From Ranitomeya imitator (Eukaryota): DNA of 64,000 nucleotides. Made by a program: the position numbers and the translations under genes. Location: the NCBI RefSeq assembly GCF_032444005.1, contig NC_091286.1, positions 487,692,001 through 487,756,000 of the forward strand. Direction: 5' to 3'. Positions within the stretch are counted from its first letter, which is position 1. Each line of letters opens with the position of its first letter. This document shows positions 1-10,939 of this stretch, in pieces. The notes below the pieces were generated by a model. The model worked only from the letters and a program-made list of their open reading frames with translations. It did not search any database and was not told where the DNA came from.

Positions 1-2
1 AT

Positions 3-3000
3 TGGTGCTATGCAGATGTATTCTCTAAGAAGGCTGCTGAGACCCTACCGCCTCATCGCCCCTACGACTGTCCTATAGACCTCTTGCCTGGAGCCGAACC
101 TCCTCGGGGAAGAGTATATCCCCTCTCCCTCCCAGAGACGGAGGCTATGTCTCAATACATTCAGGAGAATTTGGCAAGAGGGTTTATAAGGAAGTCGGTG
201 TCTCCGGCAGGGGCGGGATTCTTCTTCGTACAGAAGAAGAACGGGGAGTTACGTCCTTGCATCGATTACAGGGGTCTCAATGCTATCACCATTAAAAATA
301 AATACCCGTTGCCCCTGATATCGGAGCTCTTTGACAGGCTAAGGGGAGCTAAGATATTCACCAAATTAGATCTGCGGGGTGCCTATAATCTGATTCGTAT
401 CCGTGAGGGGGACGAATGGAAAACGGCTTTCAATACCAGGGATGGGCACTATGAGTACCTGGTGATGCCCTTCGGGCTCTGTAATGCCCCAGCCGTTTTT
501 CAGGACTTTGTCAACGATATCTTCCGGGATATGCTTTCCACCTCGGTTGTAGTCTATCTGGATGATATTCTCATCTTCTCTCCAGATATTGACTCCCACC
601 GGAGAGATGTTGGCAGAGTCTTCGAACTCCTACGGGCGAATTCCTTATATGCAAAGTTGGAGAAGTGTGTGTTTGAGCAGGAGTCCTTACCTTTCCTGGG
701 CTATATCATCTCGGCCCAGGGATTGGCTATGGATCCTGCCAAACTACAGGCAGTGATGGACTGGCAGGAACCCCATTCTCTTAAAGCGGTGCAGCGCTTT
801 ATGGGGTTCATAAATTACTATCGCCAGTTCATCCCCCACTTCTCAACTTTGGTAGCTCCCTTGGTATCCCTCACCAAGAAGGGAGCAAATCCCAAATTGT
901 GGTCCGAAGGGGTCTCCAAGGCCTTCGCTTCTATAAAGTCCCATTTTGCTAGCGCTCCCATCTTACATCGTCCCGATGTAGATAAGCCATTCCTTATGGA
1001 GGTGGATGCCTCATCCGTTGGTGCTGGAGCAGTCCTCTATCAAAAGGATGCTCAAGGTCGGAAGCACCCATGCTTCTTCTTCTCAAAGACCTTCACACCA
1101 GCGGAGAGAAATTACTCCATCGGGGATAGGGAGTTGCTGGCAATGAAGTTGGCCTTTTCGGAGTGGAGACACCTCTTGGAGGGTGCTCGGTTCCCATTCC
1201 AAGTCTTCACGGACCACAAGAATTTGGTCTATTTGCAGACAGCCCAGCGGCTGAATTCTCGTCAGGCCAGATGGTCCTTGTTTTTCTCCCGGTTCCACTT
1301 TACTCTACATTATCTCGCCGGAGAGAAGAACATTCGTGCTGACGCTCTCTCTCGCTCCCTTGTGTCAACTGAGGAGGAGGAGGACGAGCCTCGGCTCATT
1401 GTCCCTTCGGAGAGTCTGAGAACCGTAGCTCCGGTTTCGCTTGAGTCTGTGCCTCCGGGCAAGACTTTTGTTCCCATCAATTTGCGACCGGAGGTTCTCT
1501 CCTGGGCTCATTCGTCCAGAGTGGGTGGACACTTTGGGGCAAAGAGGACATCAGAGTTGCTGGCGAGAATGTACTGGTGGCCACATATGGTTCGTGACGT
1601 CGGAGACTACGTTCGGGCATGTGTCTCTTGTGCCAAGAATAAGTCTCTCCGTCAACGGCCAGCTGGGTTGTTATACCCTCTGCCGGTGGCAGACAGGCCC
1701 TGGGAGATGGTCGGGATGGACTTTGTGGTGGGTCTGCCCAAGTCTCGTGGCTGTACCATTATTTGGGTAATCACCGACCATTTTTCTAAAATGGTGCATT
1801 TGGTGCCGCTTCCTCGGCTACCTTCTGCACGGGCCTTGGCAGCGTTGTTTATTAAACACATCTTCCGTCTTCACGGTATGCCAGACAAAATTGTCAGTGA
1901 TCGGGGTCCCCAGTTTGCGTCTCGGTTCTGGAGAGAGCTTTGTCATCTTCTCACTATTGAGTTAAATCTCTCTTCGGCATATCATCCCGAGACGAATGGG
2001 TTGGTGGAGAGAGCCAACCAGACCTTAGTCACATATCTGCGACATTTTGTCTCTGCTAAGCAAGATGACTGGGCATCTTTGCTACCGTGGGCGGAGTTTG
2101 CTCTTAACAATGCTGTAGCTGACTCCACTGGACAGACCCCATTCCTCCTTAACTATGGTCAGCATCCGCGGGTACCTGTGCCCATGCCCGTGTCTTCCGC
2201 CGATTCCAGGGTGGCAGACTGGGCTGTGGAGGCACGGGACATTTGGGATCGCACTCAGGATGCCATTCGGGCTTCCAAGGAGAGAATGAGGTCCTCCGCC
2301 GACGCACATCGGCGCCCCGCTCCAACCTTTGCTCCTGGCGATTTGGTGTGGCTCTCCGCCCGTAACATCAGGCTGCGAGTTGAGTCTACCAAGTTTGCAC
2401 CTCGCTACTTAGGTCCTTTTAAGGTCCTCGAACAGGTTAATCCTGTGGTTTACCGCCTGGCCCTTCCTCCACGCCTTGGTATCACCGACACCTTTCATGT
2501 GTCCCTCCTTAAGCCCGTCTACATGTCCCGGTTTTCTGAGTCTTCTACTGGGACGTCGGGTTCGTCTACGGACGATTACGAGGTGAACGCTATCTTGGGG
2601 TTCAAGGTGGTTCGTGGCAAAAAATTTTATTTGGTGGACTGGAGGGGTTACGGTCCTGAGGATAGATCCTGGGAGCCTGCTGAGCACATCCGGACTCCGC
2701 AGCTCATTGCTGCCTTCGAACGTAGCGAGGCCCAAGGAGGGGGGGGCCCTAGGAGGGGGGGTAATGTTAGGGGTCGAGTTCCCGCTTCTGCACAGGGGGA
2801 ATCTCGAGCCATCTCCGCTGCGGTCTCCCATTCTTGTCCAGCCGCAGTGGAGTCTGCTCAGCAAAGACGTCGGTCCCAGCGTCTTGCTCATTCTCACTCT
2901 GTTCTGAGAGTTACTGCTGTTTCTCCAGTCTCTGCCATTAAAGCCAGTACTGGTCAGCAGCGAGCGGACTTCTCTGGGACTAAGTCCTTGTCTGCGCATA

Positions 3001-3140
3001 CTGAGCATGCCCAGGGTAAGATCTCCCGTTGGAGATCGAGGGTCATGTGCTCAGGCTCTGCGGCACATTCCATTGGTCCTCTTGACAGGTCTTGGAAGGG
3101 CAAAAGTCCTGTTGCCACTTCCTGTGCTGCAACTATATAA
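3..3140 (+). CDS. Gypsy Pol polyprotein, 5'-partial (RT, RNase H, integrase, chromodomain, read-through into LTR)
   Basis: Frame is open from position 3. RT motifs (LRPCIDYRGLN, KYPLP, YLDDILI), RNase H (EVDAS...ELLA...TDH), integrase HHCC and GMDF...SDRG..ER, GPF motif, chromodomain YEVNAILG...YLVDWRGYGPEDRSWEP. Confidence 0.95.
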   Translation, partial: WCYADVFSKKAAETLPPHRPYDCPIDLLPGAEPPRGRVYPLSLPETEAMSQYIQENLARGFIRKSVSPAGAGFFFVQKKNGELRPCIDYRGLNAITIKNKYPLPLISELFDRLRGAKIFTKLDLRGAYNLIRIREGDEWKTAFNTRDGHYEYLVMPFGLCNAPAVFQDFVNDIFRDMLSTSVVVYLDDILIFSPDIDSHRRDVGRVFELLRANSLYAKLEKCVFEQESLPFLGYIISAQGLAMDPAKLQAVMDWQEPHSLKAVQRFMGFINYYRQFIPHFSTLVAPLVSLTKKGANPKLWSEGVSKAFASIKSHFASAPILHRPDVDKPFLMEVDASSVGAGAVLYQKDAQGRKHPCFFFSKTFTPAERNYSIGDRELLAMKLAFSEWRHLLEGARFPFQVFTDHKNLVYLQTAQRLNSRQARWSLFFSRFHFTLHYLAGEKNIRADALSRSLVSTEEEEDEPRLIVPSESLRTVAPVSLESVPPGKTFVPINLRPEVLSWAHSSRVGGHFGAKRTSELLARMYWWPHMVRDVGDYVRACVSCAKNKSLRQRPAGLLYPLPVADRPWEMVGMDFVVGLPKSRGCTIIWVITDHFSKMVHLVPLPRLPSARALAALFIKHIFRLHGMPDKIVSDRGPQFASRFWRELCHLLTIELNLSSAYHPETNGLVERANQTLVTYLRHFVSAKQDDWASLLPWAEFALNNAVADSTGQTPFLLNYGQHPRVPVPMPVSSADSRVADWAVEARDIWDRTQDAIRASKERMRSSADAHRRPAPTFAPGDLVWLSARNIRLRVESTKFAPRYLGPFKVLEQVNPVVYRLALPPRLGITDTFHVSLLKPVYMSRFSESSTGTSGSSTDDYEVNAILGFKVVRGKKFYLVDWRGYGPEDRSWEPAEHIRTPQLIAAFERSEAQGGGGPRRGGNVRGRVPASAQGESRAISAAVSHSCPAAVESAQQRRRSQRLAHSHSVLRVTAVSPVSAIKASTGQQRADFSGTKSLSAHTEHAQGKISRWRSRVMCSGSAAHSIGPLDRSWKGKSPVATSCAATI
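2736..2764 (+). promoter_or_regulatory. Polypurine tract (plus-strand primer) before the 3' LTR
   Basis: GGAGGGGGGGG and GGAGGGGGGG tracts end a few nt before the LTR-start TG at 2765. Confidence 0.75.
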
Positions 3141-3733
3141 ACTGCGCATGACCGCACGGCCATGCGCTAGTATTGTCTTGTTAATATGTGTGTGTGTGTT
3201 GTGAGTGAAAGTCGCTCTTTAAAATACCCTCCCTATTGAATGTCTGTTCGCGGAAGGTGTATGTTTGCTATCTAGCGCCCGACTTGTCCAACAGCACGAA
3301 ACACACATTGCAGCGTCCTCTTGCGGTGTCCGCCTGTACGGCGCCGTGCGCTTGCCTTGCGCTTTCCATACCCAAGCCAGTGTGGTTGGTGGCGTCCGTC
3401 AGTGCGGCATTGCTCGCACTCCTGTGCATTTATATATTTATTCTTAGTTTCCTTACACACCCAGTTGTGGTGTAGTGCCAGCGAGGGTCTAATCGGACTT
3501 CAATCCCAGTTGGGGTTAAGTACGCTGACTGCTCGCTCGCGCTTTAGGTGCGGTGCCGCGATCCTGTGACGCAGCAGGATTGCTCCCTTCACGCTGGGTG
3601 AGGTTGAACCCACGTGTATATACTATAGTGTACCGCCATATAGTCTGCTATTTACTAGCAGCAGGGTTTCTCCTGCACGGTGGACCCCGGACTGCGAACG
3701 CATCTTTCTTGGTGCGTTCCGCCAGTCCTAACA
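2765..3733 (+). repeat. 3' LTR (969 bp)
   Basis: TG...CA termini with 7-bp terminal inverted repeat TGTTAGG/CCTAACA. TATA-like CTATATAAA near 3133. Homologous to 56268-57213 in reverse orientation. Confidence 0.9.
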
Positions 3734-5511
3734 GGGTGTTGATCTGCTTCTGATTTCTCTACCTGAAAAAAATCCCCCTTCTAAATCCTCATACAATACT
3801 AGAGATTACAATTTAGGGAAAATTAAAGGGAAGTTTCCTAATATAGTTCCTTATTCTGCTAAATATTTTAAAAAACAACAAATATCTCCAACACAGACAA
3901 ATTTACTTCCTACCAATCAGATGAATCCATTAGCTCTTCAGGACAGATGGAAAATGGTCATTTTGGGGAGTTTTATAGCGATATAGATTCATCTGACTAT
4001 AAAGGTGACTTTTTTTCAGATGATATAGCCCTTGATGACATCTATTCTTCAGAGTCATATTCTTCCTCAGAACACAAATCTAGTAGTGAAAACTCTGAAT
4101 TTTATGAAAAATTTAAGCAAAAAACTAAACCAAATCAAATCAAACCAAATCAGAAAAAATTACAAGGGCCCTCTAACAACAACAACTCATTGATAAACGA
4201 TATGCAAGCAAAAGATGATAATCCAACAGAAAAATTTATGATTAGCATATGTAAAGCCCTCCTAGTTCCAGTGAAAAATACTACTAGTGATGATGACTCA
4301 AAAATATCTGAAACCGATTTGGAATCTGAATACACTTAAACAATATCAAAGCGTCCGAGAGTTTCATTAAAGAGTTCTTTAAAGATGTGTTTTCATACAT
4401 AGCTGTTAACACACACTCAAATTCTTATGGAGTTTCTGATAACTTCTTCTATAACTCAAAAAAAAAAATCTCTTCAGTCAAAAATCAAAGGTCCTCATAT
4501 CCTAATGAGGACCAAAATCTTGCTACACTCTGATTCACTGAAAAATATCCAAAATGATATCAACTCTTTTAGAAAAAAAATCTAAACAATCTTGAAGACT
4601 TTAAAAAGAAAAATAATGTAAAAATTAAAGGGATTCCAAAGTCGGTCCAGAACTCCCAACTAAAAGATTACATCTCTTCATTAATTTCTTATCTACTTCC
4701 TAACGCCATAGAGAAAATTTTAATTGAAAAGGCCTTTAGTGTATGCAGACCATCTGCTCTTCCACGTGATGTCGAAACAGATGTCATTGTCTCCTTCTAC
4801 CCCAAGTCGGTTAGAAATGCTTTACTAAATATACCAAAGGAGCCGAAATTCTTTTCTTCTCCATATAACAAGCTGGTCATTTTCAAAGACCTATCTAAAG
4901 AAACATTACAAAAGCGAAAATTATTTCAGTCCACTACCTGTGAACTCCGAAAAGCTGGAATACCTTACAATTGGTCTCAGATCTCAATGCTAAAAATTAA
5001 ATTTACATCCAAATTGATCGATATTTCATCTCTGGCGGAGGGAGCTGACTCCCTGACAGGTGCAGACATAATATAATCCATGGACTCCCACGGACACCTC
5101 TCTAAATCCAAATCTGATCTTCATCCCAAATTAAGAAATACTTCAAACAAACAACACCTTATTGAACATAATGGCTCTATTCTTTGAACGCCCAGAAAGA
5201 CTTTTCTTAATTTATTCCTCAGTTGTAGCCTGTTTTTGAACCGTACTTTGCCCCCACAAGGTTATAGGAACACCTAAAGGTGATTTCAGACATCCCAGGT
5301 TGTATTTATTTTTCCTTCTGAACCATATTTGACTTTTGAGTAAACGACAGTTGTCCTGGTTCTATTTGAGTAAGCTACAGTATATTAAAGTATGGAAGTC
5401 CTGTATTTTTTTTCCCCTTTCTTTCCCTATTATGCCATGTAGACTATTTTTCCTGCCCCCTTTACCCTTACCTTTGTTAAATTTGTAAAACCAATAAAAA
5501 TTTGTTGGAAA
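3734..5511 (+). mobile_element. LINE-1 ORF1-only (HAL1-like) non-autonomous element, decayed
   Basis: ORF1p-like coding remnant, then about 320 bp of 3' UTR ending CCAATAAAAATTTGTTGGAAAA. No endonuclease or RT remnant seen between ORF1 and the tail. The 5' boundary is uncertain. Confidence 0.55.
3947..5187 (+). pseudogene. LINE-1 ORF1p-like (Transposase_22 type: RRM + CTD) pseudo-ORF with frameshifts
   Basis: The stop-free frame 4573-5187, absent from the ORF track, reads LEDFKKKNNVKIKGIP...IEKAFSV...PRDVETDVIVSF...LVIFKDLSKETLQKRKLF...LRKAGIPYNW. This matches L1 ORF1p motifs (RRNN.RI.GIPE, ERAHR, PR.VIV.F, IF.DLS..T..RR). An acidic Ser-rich N-terminal ORF (3947-4339) is joined to it only through frameshifts. 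Confidence 0.8.
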
Positions 5512-5966
5512 ACCAAGGACGATGGTCATAGTTCAGTGTATTAATGCAACTAAATTGCATTGTTAATAAACTTGGAAAGTTTTAAAGGATTAACCCCTTT
5601 ACCCCCAAGGGTGGTTTGCACGTTAATGACCGGGCTGATGTTTACAATTCTGGCCACTGTCCCTTTATGAGGGTATAACTTTGGAACGCTTAAACGGATC
5701 CTGGTGATTCTGACACTGTTTTCTCATGACATATTGTACGTCATGATAGTTGTAAAATTTGTTTGATATTTCCTGCGTTTATTTGTGAAAAAAAATGAAA
5801 TATGGCAAAAATTTTGAAAATTTCGCAATTTTCCAACTTTTAGTTTTTATGCAATTAAATCAGAGATATGTCACACAAAATACTTAATAAGTAACATTTC
5901 CCACATATCTACTTTACATCAGCACAATTTTGGAACTAAATGTTTTTTTCCTTAGGGAGTTATAAG

Positions 5967-6385
5967 TAGTGTTGAGCATTCCGATACCGCAAGTACCGAG
6001 TTCCGATATTTTTGAGATATCGGGAATCGGTATCGGGATTAAGATTCATGTGTAAAATAAAGAATAAAAATAAAAAATATTGATATACTTACCCTCGGAC
6101 GTGCCCTGGTTGTCACCGCTGCAACCGCCATGCTTCCGTTCCTAAGAATGAGCGCGTTAAGGACTTTCGATGACATCGCGGCTTGTGATTGGTCGCTGAG
6201 CGGTCACATGAGTTTCCTCTCCTTCATACCCTGGGAACCATAGAAGATACCTTCCGATATTTGTGTCCCATTGACTTGTATTGGTATCGGATATCGGTAT
6301 CGGCGATATCCGATATTTTTCGGATATCGGCCGATACCATCCGATACCGATATTTAAAAGTATCGGACGGTATCGCTCAACACTA
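5967..6385. mobile_element. hAT-type MITE nested in the piggyBac-like element
   Basis: TIR TAGTGTTGAGC/GCTCAACACTA, 8-bp TSD GTTATAAG (5959-5966, 6386-6393). Shorter relative of 19018-20351. Confidence 0.9.
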
Positions 6386-6659
6386 GTTATAAGGGTTAAA
6401 ATTTCACCAGCAATTTCTCATTTTTACAACATCATTTTTTTAGGGACTACATCTCATTTGAAGTCATTTTAAGGGGTCTATATGATAGAAAATAACCAAG
6501 TGTGACACCATTCTAAAAACTGCACCCCTCAAGGTGCTCAAAACCACATTCAAGAAGTTTATTAACCCTTCATGTATTTCACAGGAATTTTTGGAATGTT
6601 TAAATAAAATTGAACATTTAACTTTTTTTCACAAAAAATTTATTCAGCTCCAATTTGTT

Positions 6660-7950
6660 TTTTTTACCAAGGGTAACAGGAGAAAATGGACCCCAAAAGT
6701 TGTTGTACAATTTGTCGTGAGTACGCTGATACCCCATATGTGGGGGTAAACCACTGTTTGGGCGCATGACAGAGCTCGGAAGCGAAGGAGTGCCATTTGA
6801 CTTTTCAATGCAAAATTGGCTGGGATTGAGATGGGGCGCCATGTTGCGCATGGAGAGCCCCTGATGTGCCTAAGCATTGAAACCCCCCACAAATGACACC
6901 ATATTGGAAAATAGACCCGCTATGGAACTTATCTAGATGTGTGGTGAGCACTTTGACCCACCAATAGCTTCACAAAAGTTTATAATGCAGAGCCGTAAAA
7001 ATAATAAATCATATTTTTTTACAAAAATGATTTTTTCGTACCCAATTTTTTTATTTTCCCAAGGGTAAGAGAAGAAATTGGACCCCCAAAGATGTTGTAC
7101 AATTTGTCCTGAGTACGCTTATACCCCATATATGGGGGTAAACCCCTGTTTGGGTGCATGGGAGAGCTCGGAAGGGAAGGAGCGCCGTTTGACTTTTCCA
7201 TGCAAAATTGACAGGAATTGAGATGGGACGCCATGTAGCGTTTGGAGAGCCACTGATGTGCTTAAACATTGAAACCCCCCACTAGTGACACCATTTTGGA
7301 AATTAGACCCCCTAAGGAACTTATCTAGATGTGCGCTGAGCACTTTGACCCACTAAGGGCTTCACAGAAGTTTATAATGCAGAGCCGTAAAAGTAAAAAA
7401 TCTTTTTTTCCCACAAAAATTATTTTTTAGCCCCCAGTTTTGTATTTTCCCAAGGGTAACAGGAGAAATTGGATGCAAAAGTTGTTGTCCAATTTGTCCT
7501 GAGTAGGTTGATACCCCATATATGGGGGGGAATCACCGTTTGGGCGCATGGGACAGCTCGGAAGGGAAGGAGCGCCATTTGGAATGCAGAATTAGATGGA
7601 ATTGTCTGCAGGCGTCACATTGCATTTGCAGAGCCCCTAATGTAACTAAACAGTAGAAACCCCCCACAAGTGACCCCATATTGGAAACTAGACCCCCAAA
7701 AAACTTATGTAGATGTGTTGTGAGAACTTTGAACCCCCAGTTTCACTACAGTTTATAACACAGCCGTGAAAATAAAAAAATCTTTTTTTTTTTTACAAAA
7801 ATTATTTTTTAACCCCTTTTTGGGCACACGGGAGAGCTCGGAAGGGAAGGAGCACTGTTTTACTTTTTCAACGCAGAATTGGCTGGAATTGAGATCGGAC
7901 GCCATGTCGCGTTTGGAGAGCCCCTGATGTGCCTAAACAGTAGAAACCCC
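6660..7950. repeat. About 390-bp tandem repeat (roughly 3.3 units) inside the piggyBac-like element
   Basis: The block ...GATACCCCATAT...GAGCTCGGAAGGGAAGGAGC recurs at about 390-bp spacing. It is the reverse complement of the array at 51545-54960. Confidence 0.8.
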
Positions 7951-7965
7951 CCAATTATAACTGAA

Positions 7966-8246
7966 ACCCTAATCCAAACACACCCCTAACCCTAATCCCA
8001 AAGGTAACACTAACCACACCTCTAACCCTGACACACCCCTAACCTTAATCCAAACCCTATTCCCAACCGTAAATGTAATCCAAACTCTAACCCTAACTTT
8101 AGCTCCAACCATAACCCTAACTTTAGCCCCAACCCTAACTGTAGCCTTAACCCTAGCCCCAACCCTAACTCTAGCCCTAACCCTAGCCCTAACCCTAGCC
8201 CTAAACCTAACCCTAGCCCTAACCCTAACCCTAACCCTAGTCCTAA
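7966..8246. repeat. Telomere-like (CCCTAA/CCCTAG)n tract
   Basis: Degenerate to near-perfect CCCTAA and CCCTAG hexamers. Confidence 0.9.
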
Positions 8247-9941
8247 TGGGAAAATGGAAATAAATACATTTTTTAAATTTTTCTCTAACTAAGGGGGTGA
8301 TGAAGGGGGTTTGATGTACTTTTATAGCGGGTTTTTTTAGCAGATTTTTATGATTGGCAGCTGTCACACACTGAAAGACGCTTTTTATTACAAAAAATAT
8401 TTTTTGCGTTACCACATTTTGAAAGCTATCATTTTTACATATTTGGGTCCACAGAGTCATATGAGGTCTTGTTTTTTTGCGGGACGAGTTGACGTTTTTA
8501 TTGGTAACGTTTTTGGGCACGTGACATTTTTTGATCGCTTTTTATTCTGATTTTTGTGAGGCAGAATGACCAAAAACCAGCTATTCATGAATTTCTTCTG
8601 GGGGAGGCGTTTATTCCGTTCCGCGTTTGGAATTGATAAAGCAGTTTTATTCTTCAGGTCAGTATGATTACAGCAATACCTCATTTATATCTTTTTTTAT
8701 GTTTTGGCGCTTTTATACGATAAAAACTATTTTATAGAAAAAATAATTGTTTTTGCATCGCTTTATTCTGAGGACTATAACTTTTTTATTTTTTCGCTGA
8801 TGATGCTGTATGGTGGCTCGCTTTTTGCGGGACAAGATGACATTTTCAGCGGTACCATGGTTATTTATATCAGTCTTTTTCATGCGTGTTATTTAACTTT
8901 TTGTTTGGCGATATGAGAATAAAGCGTTGTTTTTTGCCTCTTTTTTTTTTCTACGGTGTTCACTGAAGGGGTTAACTAGTGATATAGTTTTATAGATCTG
9001 GTCGTTATTGACGCGGCGATACTAAATATGTGTACTTTTATTGTTTTTTTATTATTATTTTGATAAAGAAATGTATTTATAGGAAAAATATATATTTCTT
9101 TTTTGGAAATTTTTTTTGCATATGTGAATATTTTTTTTACACTATAACATTGCTCCGGGGGAGAGCATCATGTTATAGTGTAAGATCACTGATCTGACAC
9201 TTTGCTGTGCACTATGTCAGATCAGCGATCTGACGTGCACTTCTCCAGGCTTCCCAGCACCTGCTCTGAACAGGCGCAGTGAAGCCACCTCCCTGCAGGA
9301 CCCGGATGCCAGGGCCATCTTGGATCCAGGCCTGCTGTAGGGAGGAGGAGGTAAGATACCCTCGGAGCATTGCAATGTAATCGTGTTGCTCCGAGGGTCT
9401 CAGGGAAGCATGCAGGGAGCCCCTTCCCTGCGCTATGCTTCCCTATACCACCGGAACACTGCGATCATGTTTGATCGCAGTGTGCTAGGGGTTAATGTGC
9501 TGGGGGCGGTCCGTGACCGCTCCTGGCACTCAGTGCCAGATGTCAGCTGCGATAGTCAGCTGACACCCAGCCGCGATCGGCCGAAGCTCCTCCCGTGAGC
9601 ATGGCTGATCGCTCTGGACGTACTATTCCATCCTTGGGAATTAGGGCCCACCCCACATGGACGGAATAGTATGTCCAATGGCAGAAAGGGGTTAAAGCTC
9701 TATTAGGAGTGCTTCTTTAAAAGGTAAACAGATCATTAAATTAATGCATTATTTTTTTGGCGTTTCTAAAATCACTACTTTCCACACTATATAACTTTAA
9801 TGTCTGTCTAGTAATGCAGACTTATAGGATTTTAGTACATATGCATTTTAACAGTCCATTCCTTAATGTCAGAAAAAGTCACAAAGGAAATAATAATGGC
9901 AGCAAAATTGTCATGCAGATTTAGGGATGAATCGTTACTAA

Positions 9942-10775
9942 GGCTGGTTTCACATTTGCGTTTTTTGCCGCTGCGTTTAAAAAAACGCATGCATTTTTTT
10001 TCCTATACTTAACATTAAAAATGCATGCGTTTTTTTGCATGCGTTTTGCTCCTTTTTGCAGCCGCATGCGTCTTTTCTATGCATGCGTTGTGTTGCAGAA
10101 ATGCGACATGTAGTAATTTTTAGCGGCGTCTTTTGCTGCAAAAAAAGCATGCTTTTTTTGCGGAAAAAAAACCTATTGCTGTCTATGTAAACGCATGCGT
10201 TTTTAAGCAAATGCATTTGGTTGCATTAAAAAAGCATGCATTTTTATAGAAAAAAAACATTAAACACACTGATATGCCACCCCCCACCATAAAGGTGATA
10301 AAGGGATCCTAATCCTAACCCTAAAGGGATCCTAACCCTAACCCTAAAGGGATCCTAACCCTAACCCTATCCCTAACCCTAAACCTAGGGATCCTAACCC
10401 TACCCCTAACCCTAACCCTACCCCTAACCCTAACCCTAAGGGTTAGGGTTAGGATCCCTAGGGTTAGGGTTAGGGTTAGGGTTAGGTTTAGGATCCCTTT
10501 AGGGTTAGGGTTAGGGCTAGTATCCCTACCCCTAACCCTAGCTATTGCTGTTTATAGTGGGGTTTTTACTTGATTTTGATGATTGGCAGCTGTCACACAC
10601 TTCTCATCATGCGTTTAAAAAGCGCAAATGCATGAAAAAATGCATGTAAACGCGTCAAAACGCCGCATATTTTTCACCACATGCAAAAACGCATGCGTCT
10701 AAAAAACACAGCGTTTGCACGCGTTTACATGCGTTTTTTCACCATGCGTTTTAAAACGCAAGTGTGAAACCAGCC
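9942..10775. mobile_element. PIF/Harbinger-type MITE
   Basis: TIR GGCTGGTTTCACA/TGTGAAACCAGCC, 3-bp TSD TAA on both sides. Confidence 0.85.
10308..10541. repeat. Inverted telomere-like tract (CCCTAA)n then (TTAGGG)n inside the MITE
   Basis: The C-rich tract switches to G-rich at CCCTAAGGG (about 10437). It is punctuated by GGATCC. Confidence 0.9.
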
Positions 10776-10939
10776 TAAATTAACATTTCTAGAACATGTA
10801 GTCCAATTGACTGAATCCCGAGTCATTAGTATAAACCAGACTAAAATTAAACATAATATTAAAATTGTTTAAACATAAAAAAACAAACAATTTCCCTCTA
10901 AAATTCCATTTAGACAACCTGTTTACTTCTTTAGAGTGA

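Larger units (their letters stand above)
1..3733 (+). mobile_element. Ty3/Gypsy chromovirus LTR retrotransposon, 3' portion (5' part outside window)
   Basis: RT-RNaseH-integrase-chromodomain order in one ORF, followed by a polypurine tract and an LTR bounded by TGTTAGG...CCTAACA. Confidence 0.95.
5594..9691. mobile_element. Non-autonomous piggyBac-like element with internal tandem and telomere-like repeats
   Basis: TTAA flanks at 5590-5593 and 9692-9695, CCCCTTT/AAAGGGG termini. The left arm is homologous to the ends of the other TTAA elements (16164, 55538). No transposase ORF. Confidence 0.75.

Noticed and set aside
2409-3008. 199-aa minus-strand ORF and other short ORFs overlapping pol
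   Set aside because: Shadow ORFs of a GC-rich coding sequence.
7969-8520. RVRVRA-repeat ORF (also PNPT/GLGV-repeat ORFs at 50146-50725)
   Set aside because: Translation of telomere-like hexamer repeats; no evidence of expression.
10308-10541. Ancestral telomere-fusion scar
   Set aside because: The main junction is (CCCTAA)n-(TTAGGG)n, opposite to a fusion, and it sits inside a MITE with a TSD.
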